Assembly: GCF_030028105.1 (NCBI RefSeq)
Contig: NC_092382.1
Coordinates: 100,270,699-100,334,698 of the forward strand
Origin: Mobula birostris
Taxonomy: Eukaryota
DNA: 64,000 nucleotides
Direction of reading: 5' to 3'
Of this stretch, positions 1-11,759 are shown in pieces. Both the position numbers and the translations under genes were made by a program. The notes under the pieces are model-generated. The model saw only the letters and a list, made by a program, of their open reading frames with translations, was not told the DNA's origin and did not search any database. How positions within the stretch are numbered: the stretch's first letter is position 1; each line of letters starts with the position of its first letter.

Positions 1-56
1 GGGCCGAAGGGCCTGTATTGTGCTGTAGGTTTTCTATGTTTCTATGTTTCTATAAA

Positions 57-65
57 GAGAGAGAA

Positions 66-101
<36 letters not shown>
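57..101. repeat. (GA)n microsatellite (others: (CA)n 3262-3318, 18405-18442, 48188-48224, 57745-57797; (AAT)n ~5374-5397; (GATA)/(GA)n ~14231-14317)
   Basis: Directly visible. Confidence 0.95.
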
Positions 102-103
<2 letters not shown>

Positions 104-501
104 ACAATAATTGGGACGCTCAAAGATTAGTGGGTGCGCAGGACACTCTGGCAGGGATGGTGTTCTGGAGGCGGAAACATTAGAAATAATTCGAAGACTC
201 TTATATACGAACATGAATGAGAGACAATTGAAGGGATATGTCGGAAGGAAGACTAAGTTAACGGTTCGGCCCAATAACAAGGGCCATCACTGTGTTGTGA
301 GAAAGAGGAAGGCACAGAGTAATGATGCCCTCCACAGGAAATGGTACAGACCGGAACTTGCAACAGCATCTTCATTCTGATTGCTTAACCTACAAGAAAG
401 GGCCGGTTTAACGCCCATCGTTTTGCCCCCAGATTCCCCACGCTAGGAGAAGAACGCCTGTGTCTCCTTGCGGACAGCCCAACGGTAAACGTGGAGAAAA
501 G

Positions 502-1124
502 ATGCTTCTGTTCCTGGCATTAATGGCTCGCTTTCACTGTAAGTCGCGCTTATCGAATGTCCGATGTTGATTGGTTCATTGTCTCGCTGAAGTATCTTTT
601 GCCCTCATTCCACCTTATCCCTGCGTCCCGCTCTACCCCCTCCCTCCCTATTAGCTCTACCCTTTCTCCTTTAATGACTTCTTGCTCATCCACATCATTT
701 ATAAAAATCACAAAGAGTAAGGGTCCCAGAACATATTCCTGAGGCACACCACTGGTACACCGACGTCCATGCAGAATATGAACCGATTATCGGGTAAATT
801 CGCTCTCTTCCTCTCTCCCCCCATTTTCCAGGTGTCAACTCTGTCACCATCGAGCAGACGCCCGCCGCGTTCTCTGGATTTCCCGGGAAGAGCGTGGAAC
901 TCTCATGCGCCATGCAGGGTAGCACAGATGCCTTGTTCTGGTACAGACAGCCCCACGGGAAGGGGCTACAGTACCTTTTCTCCTCCCGGACCACCGCTCA
1001 CAGCGACCCAGATGGGGAGGTTGACGGCTTCACCTCGGAGAGACCGACCGACAGCAGCTTCAAGCTGATGTCCTCCGGCCTGGTGGCGAATCACTCGGCC
1101 GTGTATTATTGCGCTTGGAGTTCA
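502..1124 (+). CDS. TRBV: TCR V segment, family A (V-A1), apparently functional, TRBV30-like
   Basis: Leader exon 502-538 (MLLFLALMARFH) with GTAAGT donor. Intron 539-831 ends TTCCAG. V exon 832-1124 is open: VNSVTIEQTPAAFSGFPGKSVELSC...LFWYRQPHGKG...NHSAVYYCAWSS. Followed by a 23-RSS. Confidence 0.85.
686..784 (-). repeat. 99-bp inverted copy of CR1 sequence 2615-2713 inside the V-A1 intron
   Basis: Exact reverse complement of 2615-2713 by manual comparison. Confidence 0.9.
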
Positions 1125-1163
1125 CACAGAGGCCCAGTGAAATGGAGAAGCTGAACAGAAACT
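1125..1163 (+). other. 23-RSS of V-A1
   Basis: CACAGAG + 23 nt + ACAGAAACT. Confidence 0.9.
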
Positions 1164-2039
1164 CTCAGGCTTCACAAAGGCACATCAGTCATTCTGCAGG
1201 TGTTTCCTCCGTCAAAGGGGAAAGGGCGGGTCTGGTCCCTCAAAGCGGAAGTGGCCGCGCTGTCAATCACGAGCATGAGCACAAAGGTATGTCTGCACAG
1301 TCAGACAGAAGCAAGCGCTCTTCATTGCCACTTGCCACCTTCCAGGCTGCATCGCCGTCTTCGGCGGCGTTTCAATCCTTCTCATACCCTAGATTCTCGC
1401 GAGAAACATGTCCGAGCTGTTAATTTTAGAGGAGATCAGGGAGCGCTGCCGGGAGTGGCGATAGAGGCACAGCGACGACAACGCTCTCTGTCTGCCTTAG
1501 TCCACTTTTCTGGGGAAGAGGATCAGTAATGCATTTAGCCGCAGCTATTTCCAGCTCACTGCTTTCGAGCCGCACTGACAGCACTAGTTCCTGCTTGCTT
1601 TTAAGAGTTTTCAGTTCGTGGTCCTGATTGCCAGCGTTCATTTAATCTGTACAATTCCTACTAAACCTCAGTAAACTGTTCAATCGGGGTGTCTGTCCCT
1701 CTCCCTACAAGGTTGAGCCACCACTGAACACGTGTCCGTTGCATCTTCACACCCGATGTCGGTAGCTGTCACATTTGGAGCATTGCATTGAGTTTCGGTC
1801 GCCCCATTCTAACACAATGACGCGGAGACTTTAGGGAGGCTGTGGAAGAGCCTTGCCAGGCCGAGGTTTGGATTACAAGGCAGATAGAGCAAGGAGTGGT
1901 GGGTCATTCAGTTGGTTTCCCTGGAGCGCAGGGTGCAGGAGCAATTTTTCTTTTCACATTGAGAGCGCTGCGTGCCTACAACCTGCTGTGTGGGCGGTGG
2001 GGAAGTTGGATACCATGCAGGCATTTAAGAGGCCGTAGA

Positions 2040-3250
2040 CGGACACCTGAATGTTCGGACCTTATGAGGGCATTAAGTTAGATCAGCCGGCGGGACCGGT
2101 CGAGGTATACCCCGGACTACTGTGGGAAGTGTGGGAGCAGATTGTTACTGAGCCTCCAGAGAATGTCTTTGCATCATCAATAGGGAGGGGAGAAGTACCC
2201 GTGGATTGGAGTGTTGTAAATGTTGCACCCTTGTTCAAGAAAGGGAGTAGGAATAGCCCAAGAATTTATAAACCAGTGAGACTTTCTTTAGTGGTGGGCA
2301 AGTTCTTGGAGAAGATTCTGAGAGGCAGGATTTATGAACATTTGGAGAGACATAACCGGAATAAGGAAAGTCAGAAGGATTTTATCAAGGGCACATCGTG
2401 CCTTACGAGCTGACTGAATTCTTTTGAGGATTTAACAAAACACATTTATGAAGGTAGAGCAGTGGATGTAGTGTATATGGATTTCAGTAAGGCATTTCAA
2501 AACGCTCTTCATTCAAGGCTCCTTCAGAAAGTAATGAGGCATGGAATCCAAGGAGAACTGGCTTTGTGGATCCTGAATTGGATTGCCCACAGAAGGCAAC
2601 TGGTAGTTGTAAATGGTTCATATTCTGCATGGACGTCGGTGTACCAGTGGTGTGCCTCAGGAATATGTTCTGGGACCCTTACTCTTTGTGATTTTTATAA
2701 ATGATGTGGATGAAGCAATAGTAGGCTGGGATAGTATTTTTCGGATTATAGAAAGGTTGGGGTGCTGTGGATAGTTGGAGAGCTATCAGACATTGCAGAA
2801 CGATATCGATAGTATTCAGAACTGGGCTCAGAAATGGCGGATGAAGTTCAACTTAGATAACTGTGAAGTGGTTCGATTTGAAAGATCAAATTTCAAGGCA
2901 GAGTGTAAGATTAATGACAGGACTCTTAGCTGCGTGCAGAATCAGAGGGATCTTAGAGTCCGTGTCCATTGGACACCCAACGCTGCTACGTCAGTTGATA
3001 ATGTTGTTAAGAAGGTGTATGGTGTGTTGGCATTTATTAACGGTGGGTTTGAGTTCAAGAGCTGTGAGGTAATGTTACAGCGATATAAGACCACAATTAG
3101 AACTCACTTGCGTACTGTGCTCAGTTTTGGTCACCTCTTACCGAAAGGATATGGGTACTACAGAGAGAGTGTAGCGGAGATTTACAAGGATGTTTCCTGG
3201 ATTGGAGAGCGCGTCTTATGAAAGTAGGTTGAGTGAACTTGGCCTTGATT
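2040..3250 (+). mobile_element. Decayed CR1 LINE RT fragment
   Basis: Frameshifted RT motifs (VAPLFKKGSRNSPRIYKPVRL, MDVVYMDFSKAF, QNQRDLRVRV). Confidence 0.85.
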
Positions 3251-3260
3251 CCCTGGAGCG

Positions 3261-3323
<63 letters not shown>

Positions 3324-3945
3324 GACAGAGACAGAAAGAAAGGGGAGAGAATGAGTTCAAGAACTTCGAGAGAATATTGTTAAGTGACAGAGGCTAGAAC
3401 ACAGACCGTAGAACCCGAAGACCAAAACAGGACGTTTGCCTTTTCCCCCACTATTTCTAAGTTAAAAACAATGCCAAATTTCGTTGAGTGACTTCGGACG
3501 GATCTCTGCTGATGGACACGTCGATTCCGATCTGTGAAATCCAGGGAAGAGGCTGGACGAATTTCTAATGCCTGCCAGTGAGCGGTGAACAGCGAATCTG
3601 TCTGATCGCATTTAGTGTGTTTCCTCCTAACAGGACAACAGTTCAAAGAAAGATAATTTTTTACTGGGGATCGTGGCCTGGATTGCCTGTGAGTAGTTTT
3701 GCTAAACATCTTACTCCCCTCTCGCTTGAATTTCTTCTGATGTCTTGATCTCCCAAAGCTTTCTTCCTGATCGGCAACAGAAGGGAACACTGTCCGTCAG
3801 GGGATCGTTGCTTATGCGTCTCTGTCCGTCGGTCGCTGTCCGTCCACACCGGGGTCTCCAACTTCCCTTTCCCTTTTCAACTAACCGCTGTTCTCACCTG
3901 GACGGCTGCAACCCTCTCCCACTCTCATCCGGCTCTCTGACTGCT

Positions 3946-4251
3946 GGTGAGAAGTCGGTGACAGTGCGCCCAGATTCCGGACCCTTTCGCCGCACCGCCC
4001 GCCGCCAAAATGAAATTGCACGCACAGCGGAAGGAGGGAGCAGCCCTGGTTGCAGCCGATGGTGCAGGAAGCATCCGGGAAAGGGGGTCCCCAGAACCTC
4101 ATTTATTGGATGGTCAATATGCATCGAGAACCGAAGGGGAATGCGGGCGGATTAACGCCCTAGAGGCTGAATAAACAGCTGAAGTTGACTTCCAGCGACC
4201 TAACTGCCAATCCCTTCGCACACTATTTGTGCGCTTGGAGCTTACACGGCC
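3946..4251 (+). pseudogene. Degenerate TCR V pseudogene
   Basis: GEKSVTVR...RW...PQNLIY...HYLCAWSL with frameshift and stop, no first Cys, heptamer-like CACGGCC with a shortened spacer. Confidence 0.75.
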
Positions 4252-4339
4252 ACAGTCGTATAACACGACAAAATTGATCCTATAACCGCTGCCGACTGTT
4301 AGACATTCTATCATCTATAATGCAATCCGGTTAACATGT

Positions 4340-4680
4340 TTATATTTTCTTGTTCCTCAGTTATACCCATTAGGCCTGATTCGTCGAGCTGTCCAGTGTG
4401 CCCTGTCTGAGCATTGCTGTGACCTTCCCCCCGACACGTCGTGCCACGCAACCCCGTTAATCCTTCTCGCTGTACCCCACCCACAACAACGGAACACCGG
4501 AATACAGAGCTGCCGGTAGTTCACCAAGTCTCCTACAACCAAGTCTCACTGAAGGCGACAATGGGGTAAATCCACGGGCGGACACAAACTATAACTCCGT
4601 CACATTTCCCATGATCCTCCTAGCGTTGAAGCATACGCAGCTCAGAACTTTAGACCCACCATGCCCAACCTATGTTTATT
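4340..4680 (-). mobile_element. Old CR1 endonuclease remnant (also ~19.5-19.8, 22.38-22.69, 53.47-53.8, 56.35-56.7 kb)
   Basis: The 22.4 and 53.5 kb copies translate as AFSETS..QL.NPGFRC..GGGVVA..GNITAML, matching the CR1 APE N-terminus; this copy is homologous. Confidence 0.6.
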
Positions 4681-4876
4681 CCCGGCCTTGTGTGTAGAAT
4701 TAACAAAACCTCTCTCCACAACCACTCTACTGTCTGCAGCGCTGGGTTCGTTCTCCCCCCGCCACTCCAGTTTAAACACCCACCCCTACCCCCGCACCTG
4801 CGCTGCTATTGACAGTCGCGGCTCTCCTCAGAGTTGCAGGTTTTCGCTCGTTTCACCATCCGCTCGGGCGTCTGTG

Positions 4877-5459
4877 TAAACTCCAGGCGCAGAAATAACG
4901 AGCCGAGTGATTCGCAGTCAAACTTTTAGAGATCAGCTTGAACTGGTTGTCCTGCCTCTTGGCTGTTAACCTGTCCGCCGTCTCCTTCGGTTCCAGATGC
5001 TCGTTGTTCGCCTAGTAAAGCAGGTACTGAGGTCCGTTCCCCGGGTACTGTCTGTACCAGTACATATAATCAGTATCACCCCCTCCTTCCGCCGTACAAT
5101 GCAACTCCATTCCGTCGCCGGGCAGTGCGGAAAACGCGGCGGGAGTCTGGCGGACGGTCACCGATGTCCCGCCTTTGGACCGGGAGGGGAACAAAAAGGA
5201 AGGAGGAAACACTGAGTGACCGGCGTCCGGAGGAGGGCGGCGGAGAGTGGAACAAGAAAAGGGAAATGAAGGGAGACGTAGGGAATGAAACAGCAATTGA
5301 GGGAGAGACACGACGGGTGCGGTTACAGAGAAAGAAATATAGTCGACATCTGAACAACGTTAGATGAGTGAGATAATAATAATAATAATAATAATAAAGA
5401 CGAAAGGTAAACCAGGCCGTGACGCCCAGTAAGAGAAATGCTTGTCTGTGGTCCATCAT
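4877..5459 (-). pseudogene. TRBV: TCR V pseudogene, family B (psi-B1)
   Basis: Leader MMDHRQAFLLLGVTAWFT (5406-5459) has lost its donor. 296-nt V exon 4877-5172 has an in-frame TAG (5012-5014) after QYLLY. RSS is degenerate (CACAGAC, 22-nt spacer, GCGAAAACC). Confidence 0.85.
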
Positions 5460-5639
5460 AACACAATACTGAAAGAGATGGTGACGATTCGTGGATGTAG
5501 GAGCAGACGTCTTCGCCCTTTACGGGTTAGGAGACACATCAGACGTTAGTCACACCCCTTCCGCCGTGTTAACGAATCGGAATCGAAGAGGTGGTTAGTA
5601 CGAACCCCTCCGTCGCATCGTAAATTTTTAAACATCATC

Positions 5640-6260
5640 ATTAACGCCAGAGATCCCGCAGGTGCAGGATATCCAAAGAAACGCTTCCGAAATACTGCAG
5701 CAGGTCAGCACACCAGGCAGCATCAATGGAAATGAACGTTTCGGGCCGAGACGCTTCTCCAGGACTGGGAAAGAAGGAGGAAGATCACAGAATTAAAAGA
5801 TACTGGGAAGAGGAAGAGGGCTTGCGAGGAATGGATAGGAGAAGACATGTGGGTGAGAAAGGCGATGAAAGAATCTGTTATGGGAGCTGAGTGAACGAAA
5901 GGAGAAAGGAAAGAAGGATGGGGTAGAGGGTGATAGGCAGGTGAGAAGAGGAAAGAGGCCACAGTGGGGAAGGAAGAAGAGGGGAATGGGAGGGATTTTT
6001 TGAAACCGTAAAGTGAAATCGAAATTGATACGACCAGGTTGGAAGCTGCACAGACGAAGGGAGAAGAAGCCAGAAGTAAAAGATAAGGGGAAGCGGAAGA
6101 GGGATTGCACGAAATCGATAGGAGAAACTAGGTGGGTGAGAAAGTTGAGGGTCAGGTGATGAAGGGCTCTGTACGGGAGGTGAGTGAACGAAAGGAGAAA
6201 GGAAAGAGGGCCGGCACTTGGGGTATAGGGTGATCGGCAGGTGCTGGACGGAACGCCTGT
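5640..6260 (-). mobile_element. Penelope-like element terminal remnant (also ~13.6-13.87, 21.61-21.97, 23.08-23.52, 52.03-52.47, 54.19-54.56, 62.4-62.66 kb)
   Basis: Recurrent GTCTCGGCCCGAAACG motif with a pyrimidine-rich body and CTGCTG..TCC..CAGC-type 3' part; assigned from recalled motif similarity. Confidence 0.55.
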
Positions 6261-7209
6261 TGTTCTGCTTGTCACCACCAGGGGTCGCTGTGAAGAGAAA
6301 CAGAAAGGATTGTTTTTCTCCAGTTGGTATGTGGATTGTAGTATCTAGATGTAACCTCGGGGGCATGCGCAGTTCCTTCGACCGTTCACCAATTCTGACT
6401 ATTTGTTTATGTTTGGACTAGCTCTGTGTTTTCACTGTGGTTCGAAGGAGTCCCGTTCGGTATCGTGGGGTTTTGAAGCTCTCTGTGTATTTAACAGTTT
6501 TATTTAACTTGCAGGGATTAAATGAACACGATATTCTCAATCACCGTCATTGCAGTTGTTAACTTTGGGGATCGTTGCTTCGACTGGACACTGGTGTTCC
6601 ACGAGTAGTCCTCAATTCCAACGTGGGTTCCTACGGGATTATTTCGAGCAGGATGGTCTTTCTTATCCCTCTTTGCTCGGTCGCACTGGATCCTTGTCTA
6701 ACCAAGGTCCTCTTGTATTGGGAATGCTTTCCATTCTTTAAGATTCTGTAGTTTACCTGAGCTCTAGTTATTCTTGTTGGTTAATTTTTTTAATGTATCT
6801 TTTCTTTTGTTTTGAATTGCCGATGTCCCTGTGATTCCTGCACCGGAGTGAATCGTGACAACTATTTGTTTTCATTTCATTTCAGTTCATATCGAGTTTT
6901 CGGACTGAGCGGTGAAAACAGAGCACCTGGGTGGGTGGGGGCGGGGGGAGTAAGCACACGTAGTCAGGTGGAGAAAGTACAAACTCCTGACAGCCGGCGC
7001 CGGAATTCTGCTCCGAACTCCAGAACTCCCGGAGTTGTAATCGCGTCGCGCAAACCGCGATTACAATCGCTACGTAAATGTGCGACCTGTCATTCTGCTC
7101 TTCCCCGTCTCGCTCCCGCTCCTCACCCTCTCTTTGTCTCTGTCTGTGTCTCTCTCCCTCTTGCCCGTCCCACCTCTCCCTCCCACCTCTCTCTCACACC
7201 TGTCTCTAC

Positions 7210-7253
<44 letters not shown>

Positions 7254-7944
7254 ACTTGTATCTCTCATCCAGTCAGCTACTGCTTTCAGACAGATGACGG
7301 TATGATACAGCAGTGAATCGAGGGAAAACAACAACAGAATTCAGAATAGAGCGGTACCGTCAAAGGAAAAGTACCGAGCAGACAGTCAATATTACAACTG
7401 TGTAGACTGTGAAGGAAGAGTCCACGCCACGCTACTGGGAACCGTTCTATAGCCTTTTAAAAGCGGGTTCGACCAAACGCCTCTGAGGCGTGCTTCTCGG
7501 GGCATGCGCCACGGGCCGTCAAGTGGGAGTAGTGTATATGGATATCTTGGTCGGCGAGGATCAGATGGGCCACCAAGTTTCTTCCTGTGTTGTGTGAGCT
7601 TCACTGCATGTACCCGATTCAAGCTAATCCTAATGGTCAATTTGGTCACCTCTATCGTAAACGCAACGACAACTGGCCCGGCTTTCCACTCCAGAGGCAC
7701 ACCACTTTTTCAGCAAGAAAAACGTTCCTTAAAACATTCCACACTCTCACCTAAAGCCTATGATCGCCAGGACCTGACATTTATTTACACCGTGGACGCG
7801 TCTCTGAGTATCGACTCCATCAACGCCTCTCATAATTACATAATCATCGGTCTATGACGGCCGTATCGTGTTCATTCCCATTTGTGCGAAATTCGCTTAT
7901 TATCCTCCGCAGAAAAAGCACGTTAAACGCTGTAACCCAGGCTA

Positions 7945-7960
7945 GCAACAGGGGGCGCTA
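7945..7960 (+). promoter_or_regulatory. Candidate CTCF site downstream of the V-D1 RSS
   Basis: GCAACAGGGGGCGCTA versus consensus CCACCAGGGGGCGCTA. Confidence 0.55.
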
Positions 7961-8089
7961 TGTCTATCCTTGCTCTGACCGGAAGACCCGCCCCATCATT
8001 TGACTGACAGCCTCTGTCGTATCGCACCTCAGTGCGGTGGGCGCCTGCCCTCTTTTTATTGACAGTCGCTCCCCTCCCCCAGCGTTGGA

Positions 8090-8128
8090 GGTTTTTGTTC
8101 GGTTCCACCATCTGTTCGGGCGGCTGTG
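8090..8128 (-). other. 23-RSS of V-D1
   Basis: CACAGCC + 23 nt + ACAAAAACC. Confidence 0.92.
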
Positions 8129-8697
8129 TAGACTCCAGGCGCAGAAATAACGAGCCGAGTGACTCGCAGTCAGACTTTTGGAAATCAGGTTGAACTGGTT
8201 GTCCCGCCTCTTCGCCGTTAATCCGTCCGCTGTTTCCTTCGGTACCACATGCGTTTTGGTCATCGAGTAGATCAGGTACTGAGGACCACTCCCCGGGTAC
8301 TGTCTGTACCAGTACATAGTATCAGTATCACCCCCTCCTTCCGCCGTGCACTGCAATTCCATTCCGCTGCCGGGCATGGCGGAGAGTGCGGGCGGAGTCT
8401 GCCGGACGGACACCGAGTTCTCACCTGCGGACAGAGAGCGGGAAACCGGTGAGGAATAAGAGACGTGTTGACCGAGTGGGGAGCAGCGACTGGCGGAAAG
8501 AGACGGAAATGTAACAGGGCAGTGAGACTATCAGTCAGCGGCTGGGCGGTGGGACCCGGGAAGAAAAAATACTCGAGAATAGAGTATCTGATGAATGTGG
8601 AAGCGAGAGAGGGGAGAAATTAGACAGCGAACAAAATCAACTGACAGCCACTCCAGGACATGATCCACAGTAACAGAAACATCTTTCCTCGGTTCAT
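8129..8697 (-). CDS. TRBV: TCR V segment, family D (V-D1), apparently functional
   Basis: Leader 8646-8697 MNRGKMFLLLWIMSWSG, donor GTCAGT, acceptor CCGCAG. Open 296-nt exon 8129-8424 ...LQCTAEGGGDTDTMYWYRQ...SARYFCAWSL. Confidence 0.88.
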
Positions 8698-8926
8698 TCT
8701 TTCGCAGTATTGAAGGAGAAGAGATGATAAAGTGGAGGTAGGATTAGGCAGATTCGCTCTTTACCGATGGTTGTGACGTTATATATCGGAGATAAGCCAC
8801 GCCCCTTCTCTTGATGTAACCAATCGGAATCAAAGTGACAGTCAATATAATTCGGTCCGAAGCACTACAATGTACTCTGTTAAATTTCCTTTTAGGCTCT
8901 CTCTCGCCCTCTCTCTCGCCCTCCCC

Positions 8927-9014
<88 letters not shown>

Positions 9015-10038
9015 CCTTCTGTATCTGGCGCTCACTTTCCTCTCTCTGTCTTTCCCTCTCTCTCGTTTTCTCTCTCTCTCCGTCTCTCTTTCTCTCTCTC
9101 TCTCGTTATCTCTCTCTGTCTTTCTTTCTCTCCCACTCTCTCTCACACTCCTCTGTCTCCTTTGGTCCCTCTCTCACTCGCTCTATTCCTCTCTTTATTT
9201 CTATCTCTCATCCACTATGCTGCTGAATGCAGGCAGATTCCAGGCATGATACAGCAGTAAATCGAGGGAAAACACGAACAAAATTCAATGGTACCGTCAT
9301 AGGAAAAGTACCGATCAGGCCGTCCATCAGACAACTGTGTAGACTGTGAAGAGACGAGTCCATGCCACACTACTGGGAACCGTTCCATAGCCTTTTAAAA
9401 GCGGGTTAGACCAAATACCACTGAGTCTCATGTATCGTGCTGTTCGGGGCATGCACCACTGGCCGTCAAGTGGGAGTAGTGTATATGGACAACCTGGTCG
9501 GCGAGGATGAGATGGGCAACCAAGTTTCTTTCTGTGTTGTATGAGCTTCACTACATGTACCCGTTTCAAGCTGATCCTAATGGTCAATTTGGTCACCTCT
9601 ATCGTAAACGCATCCATACCTAGCCCGGGCTTTCCGCTCCTGAGACACACAGTCCACTGCGGAAGAAAAACGTTCTGTAAAACATTCCACACTCTCACCT
9701 AAAGCATACGAACACCAGGACCTGACATTTATTTACACTGTGGAAGCGTCTCTGACTATCGACTCCATCAACACCTCTCATAATTACATAATCATCGGTC
9801 AGTGCCGGCCATATCGTGTTCATTCCCATTTGTGCGAAATTCGCCTATTATCTTCCGGTGCAAAAGCACATTAAACGCTGTAAGCCAGGCTAACCACAGG
9901 GGGGCGCCATGGCTATCCTCGCTCTGACCGGAAGACCCGCCCCATCATTTGACTGACAGTCTCTGTCGTCACGCCCCTCAGTGCGGAGGGCTCCTGCCCT
10001 CTTTTTATTGACAGTCGCGCCCCTCCCCCAGCGTTGGA

Positions 10039-10077
10039 GGTTTTTGTTCGGTTCCACCATCTGTTCGGGCGGCTGTG
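10039..10077 (-). other. 23-RSS of V-D2
   Basis: CACAGCC + 23 nt + ACAAAAACC. Confidence 0.92.
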
Positions 10078-10645
10078 TAAACTCCAGGCGCAGAAATAAC
10101 GAGCCGAGTGACTCGCAGTCAGACTTTTGGAAATCAGGTTGAACTGGTTGTCCCGCCTCTTCGCCGTTAATCCGTCCGCTGTTTCCTTCGGTTCCAGATG
10201 CGTGTTGGTCATCGAGTAAAGCAGGTACTGAGGGCCACTCCCCGGGTACTGTCTGTACCAGTACATATTATCAGTATCACCCCCTCCTTCCGCCGTGCAC
10301 TGCAACTCCATTCCGTTGCCGGGCATGGCGGAGAGTGCGGGCTGAGTCTGCCGGACGGTCACCGAGTTCCCACCTGCGGACAGAGAGCGGGAAACCGATG
10401 AGGAAGTAGACACTTGTTGACCGAGTGGGGAGCAGCGACTGGCGGAAAGAGACGGAAATGTAACAGGGCAGTGAGACTATCAGTCAGCGGCTGGGTGGTG
10501 GGACCCGGGAAGAAAAATAATCGACAGTTCAATATCTGATGAATGTGGAAGCGAGAGAGGGGAGACATTAGACAGCGAACAAAATCAACTAACAGCCAAT
10601 CAAGGTCATGATCCACAGTAACAGAAACATCTTTCCTTGGTTCAT
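10078..10645 (-). CDS. TRBV: TCR V segment, family D (V-D2), apparently functional
   Basis: Leader 10594-10645 MNQGKMFLLLWIMTLIG, donor GTTAGT. Open 296-nt exon 10078-10373 ending YFCAWSL. Confidence 0.88.
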
Positions 10646-11759
10646 TCTTTCGCAGTATCGAAGGAGAAGAGGTGGTAAAGGGGAGGTAGGATTAGGCAGA
10701 TTCGCTCTTCACCGATGGTTGTGACATTACATATCGGAGATAAGCCACGCCCCTTCTCCTGATTCAACCAATCCGAATCAATGTGACAGTCAAAGTAATT
10801 TGGTCCGAAGCACTATAATGTACTCAGTTGCATTTCATATTATCTGTCGTAGCGTTAGCGCTCTCTCTCTCTCTCGCTCTCCCTCTGTCTTTCCCTATCG
10901 TTTTCTCTCTCCCACTCCATCTCTTTCTCTCTCTCACTATCACTATCTCTCTGTCTCTATCTATCTCTCACCTCCTCTCTCACTTTCTCTCTCCCTCTCG
11001 CTCTCTCTTTCTCTCTCTCTCTTTCCCCCGTTTCTATCTCTCTCCCTCTCCATCTGTTGTTCTGTCTTCTCTTTCTCTTGTTAACTCTCTCCCTCCCTCT
11101 CTCTCCTTCCTCCTTCTCTCTCTCCTTTTGTCTCTCTCTCGCACCCTCTGTCACTCTCTCTCTCCTACTCTCTCTATTTACCGGCTGTGTAGAGCAACGC
11201 CCTGTAGTTCACCAAGGAACAATCAGGTCCCTACAACCGTCTGGCTCCTGAACTAGCGCGGATGTCTTCACTCAGCTCCACCGTAACCTCCAAGCTGCGC
11301 GGGTGCACGGCCGGGCTGTGACTGAAATGCCCCCGCGCACATCGCCTTTTGGGCGCGCAGCTGGGAAGTTGTTTTATGAGAATGCCTTATTAAAGCACCG
11401 TTCGCTTTTTCGGGCCGCGTGAAAAAAAATCCTGTTCAGGGGAATGCCTGGCCCAGCAGCTGTAATAAAATGAACGGACCGCTTCTCACCTCAACACTAA
11501 ATTGACTCCCCACGCAACGGACTCACTTTCAAGGACTCTACCAATCAGGTTCTTAGTATGATTTATTTACCTCTGTTATTTACATGATTTCTCTTCGTTT
11601 TTTCATTAGTTGCCTTTCGTCTTTGTTTATATATGGTGTTCCGTAAATTCTGTTTTATTTCTTTATTATCGTGGAGATATGTGTACGAAAATGAATCTCA
11701 AGGTAGTATCGGCTGACATATTCCAGTACCTAATGATGAAATTATTTTGAAAAATAATT

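Larger units (their letters stand above)
7090..11180. repeat. Tandem duplication of a ~1.9-kb family-D unit bounded by (CT)n-rich tracts
   Basis: ~7250-8890 aligns with ~9190-10830; CT-rich tracts at ~7090-7250, ~8890-9210 and ~10860-11180. Confidence 0.8.

Noticed and set aside
686-2713. V-A1 flipped by an inversion between the 99-bp inverted repeats
   Set aside because: The V intron aligns with its paralog on both sides of 686-784 and the CR1 is continuous on both sides of 2615-2713, so this is a copy-in event
8835-9260. Ser/Leu- or Arg/Glu-rich ORFs (also ~7080, 10828, 23386, 35442, 51619)
   Set aside because: Artefacts of (CT)n/(GA)n low-complexity tracts
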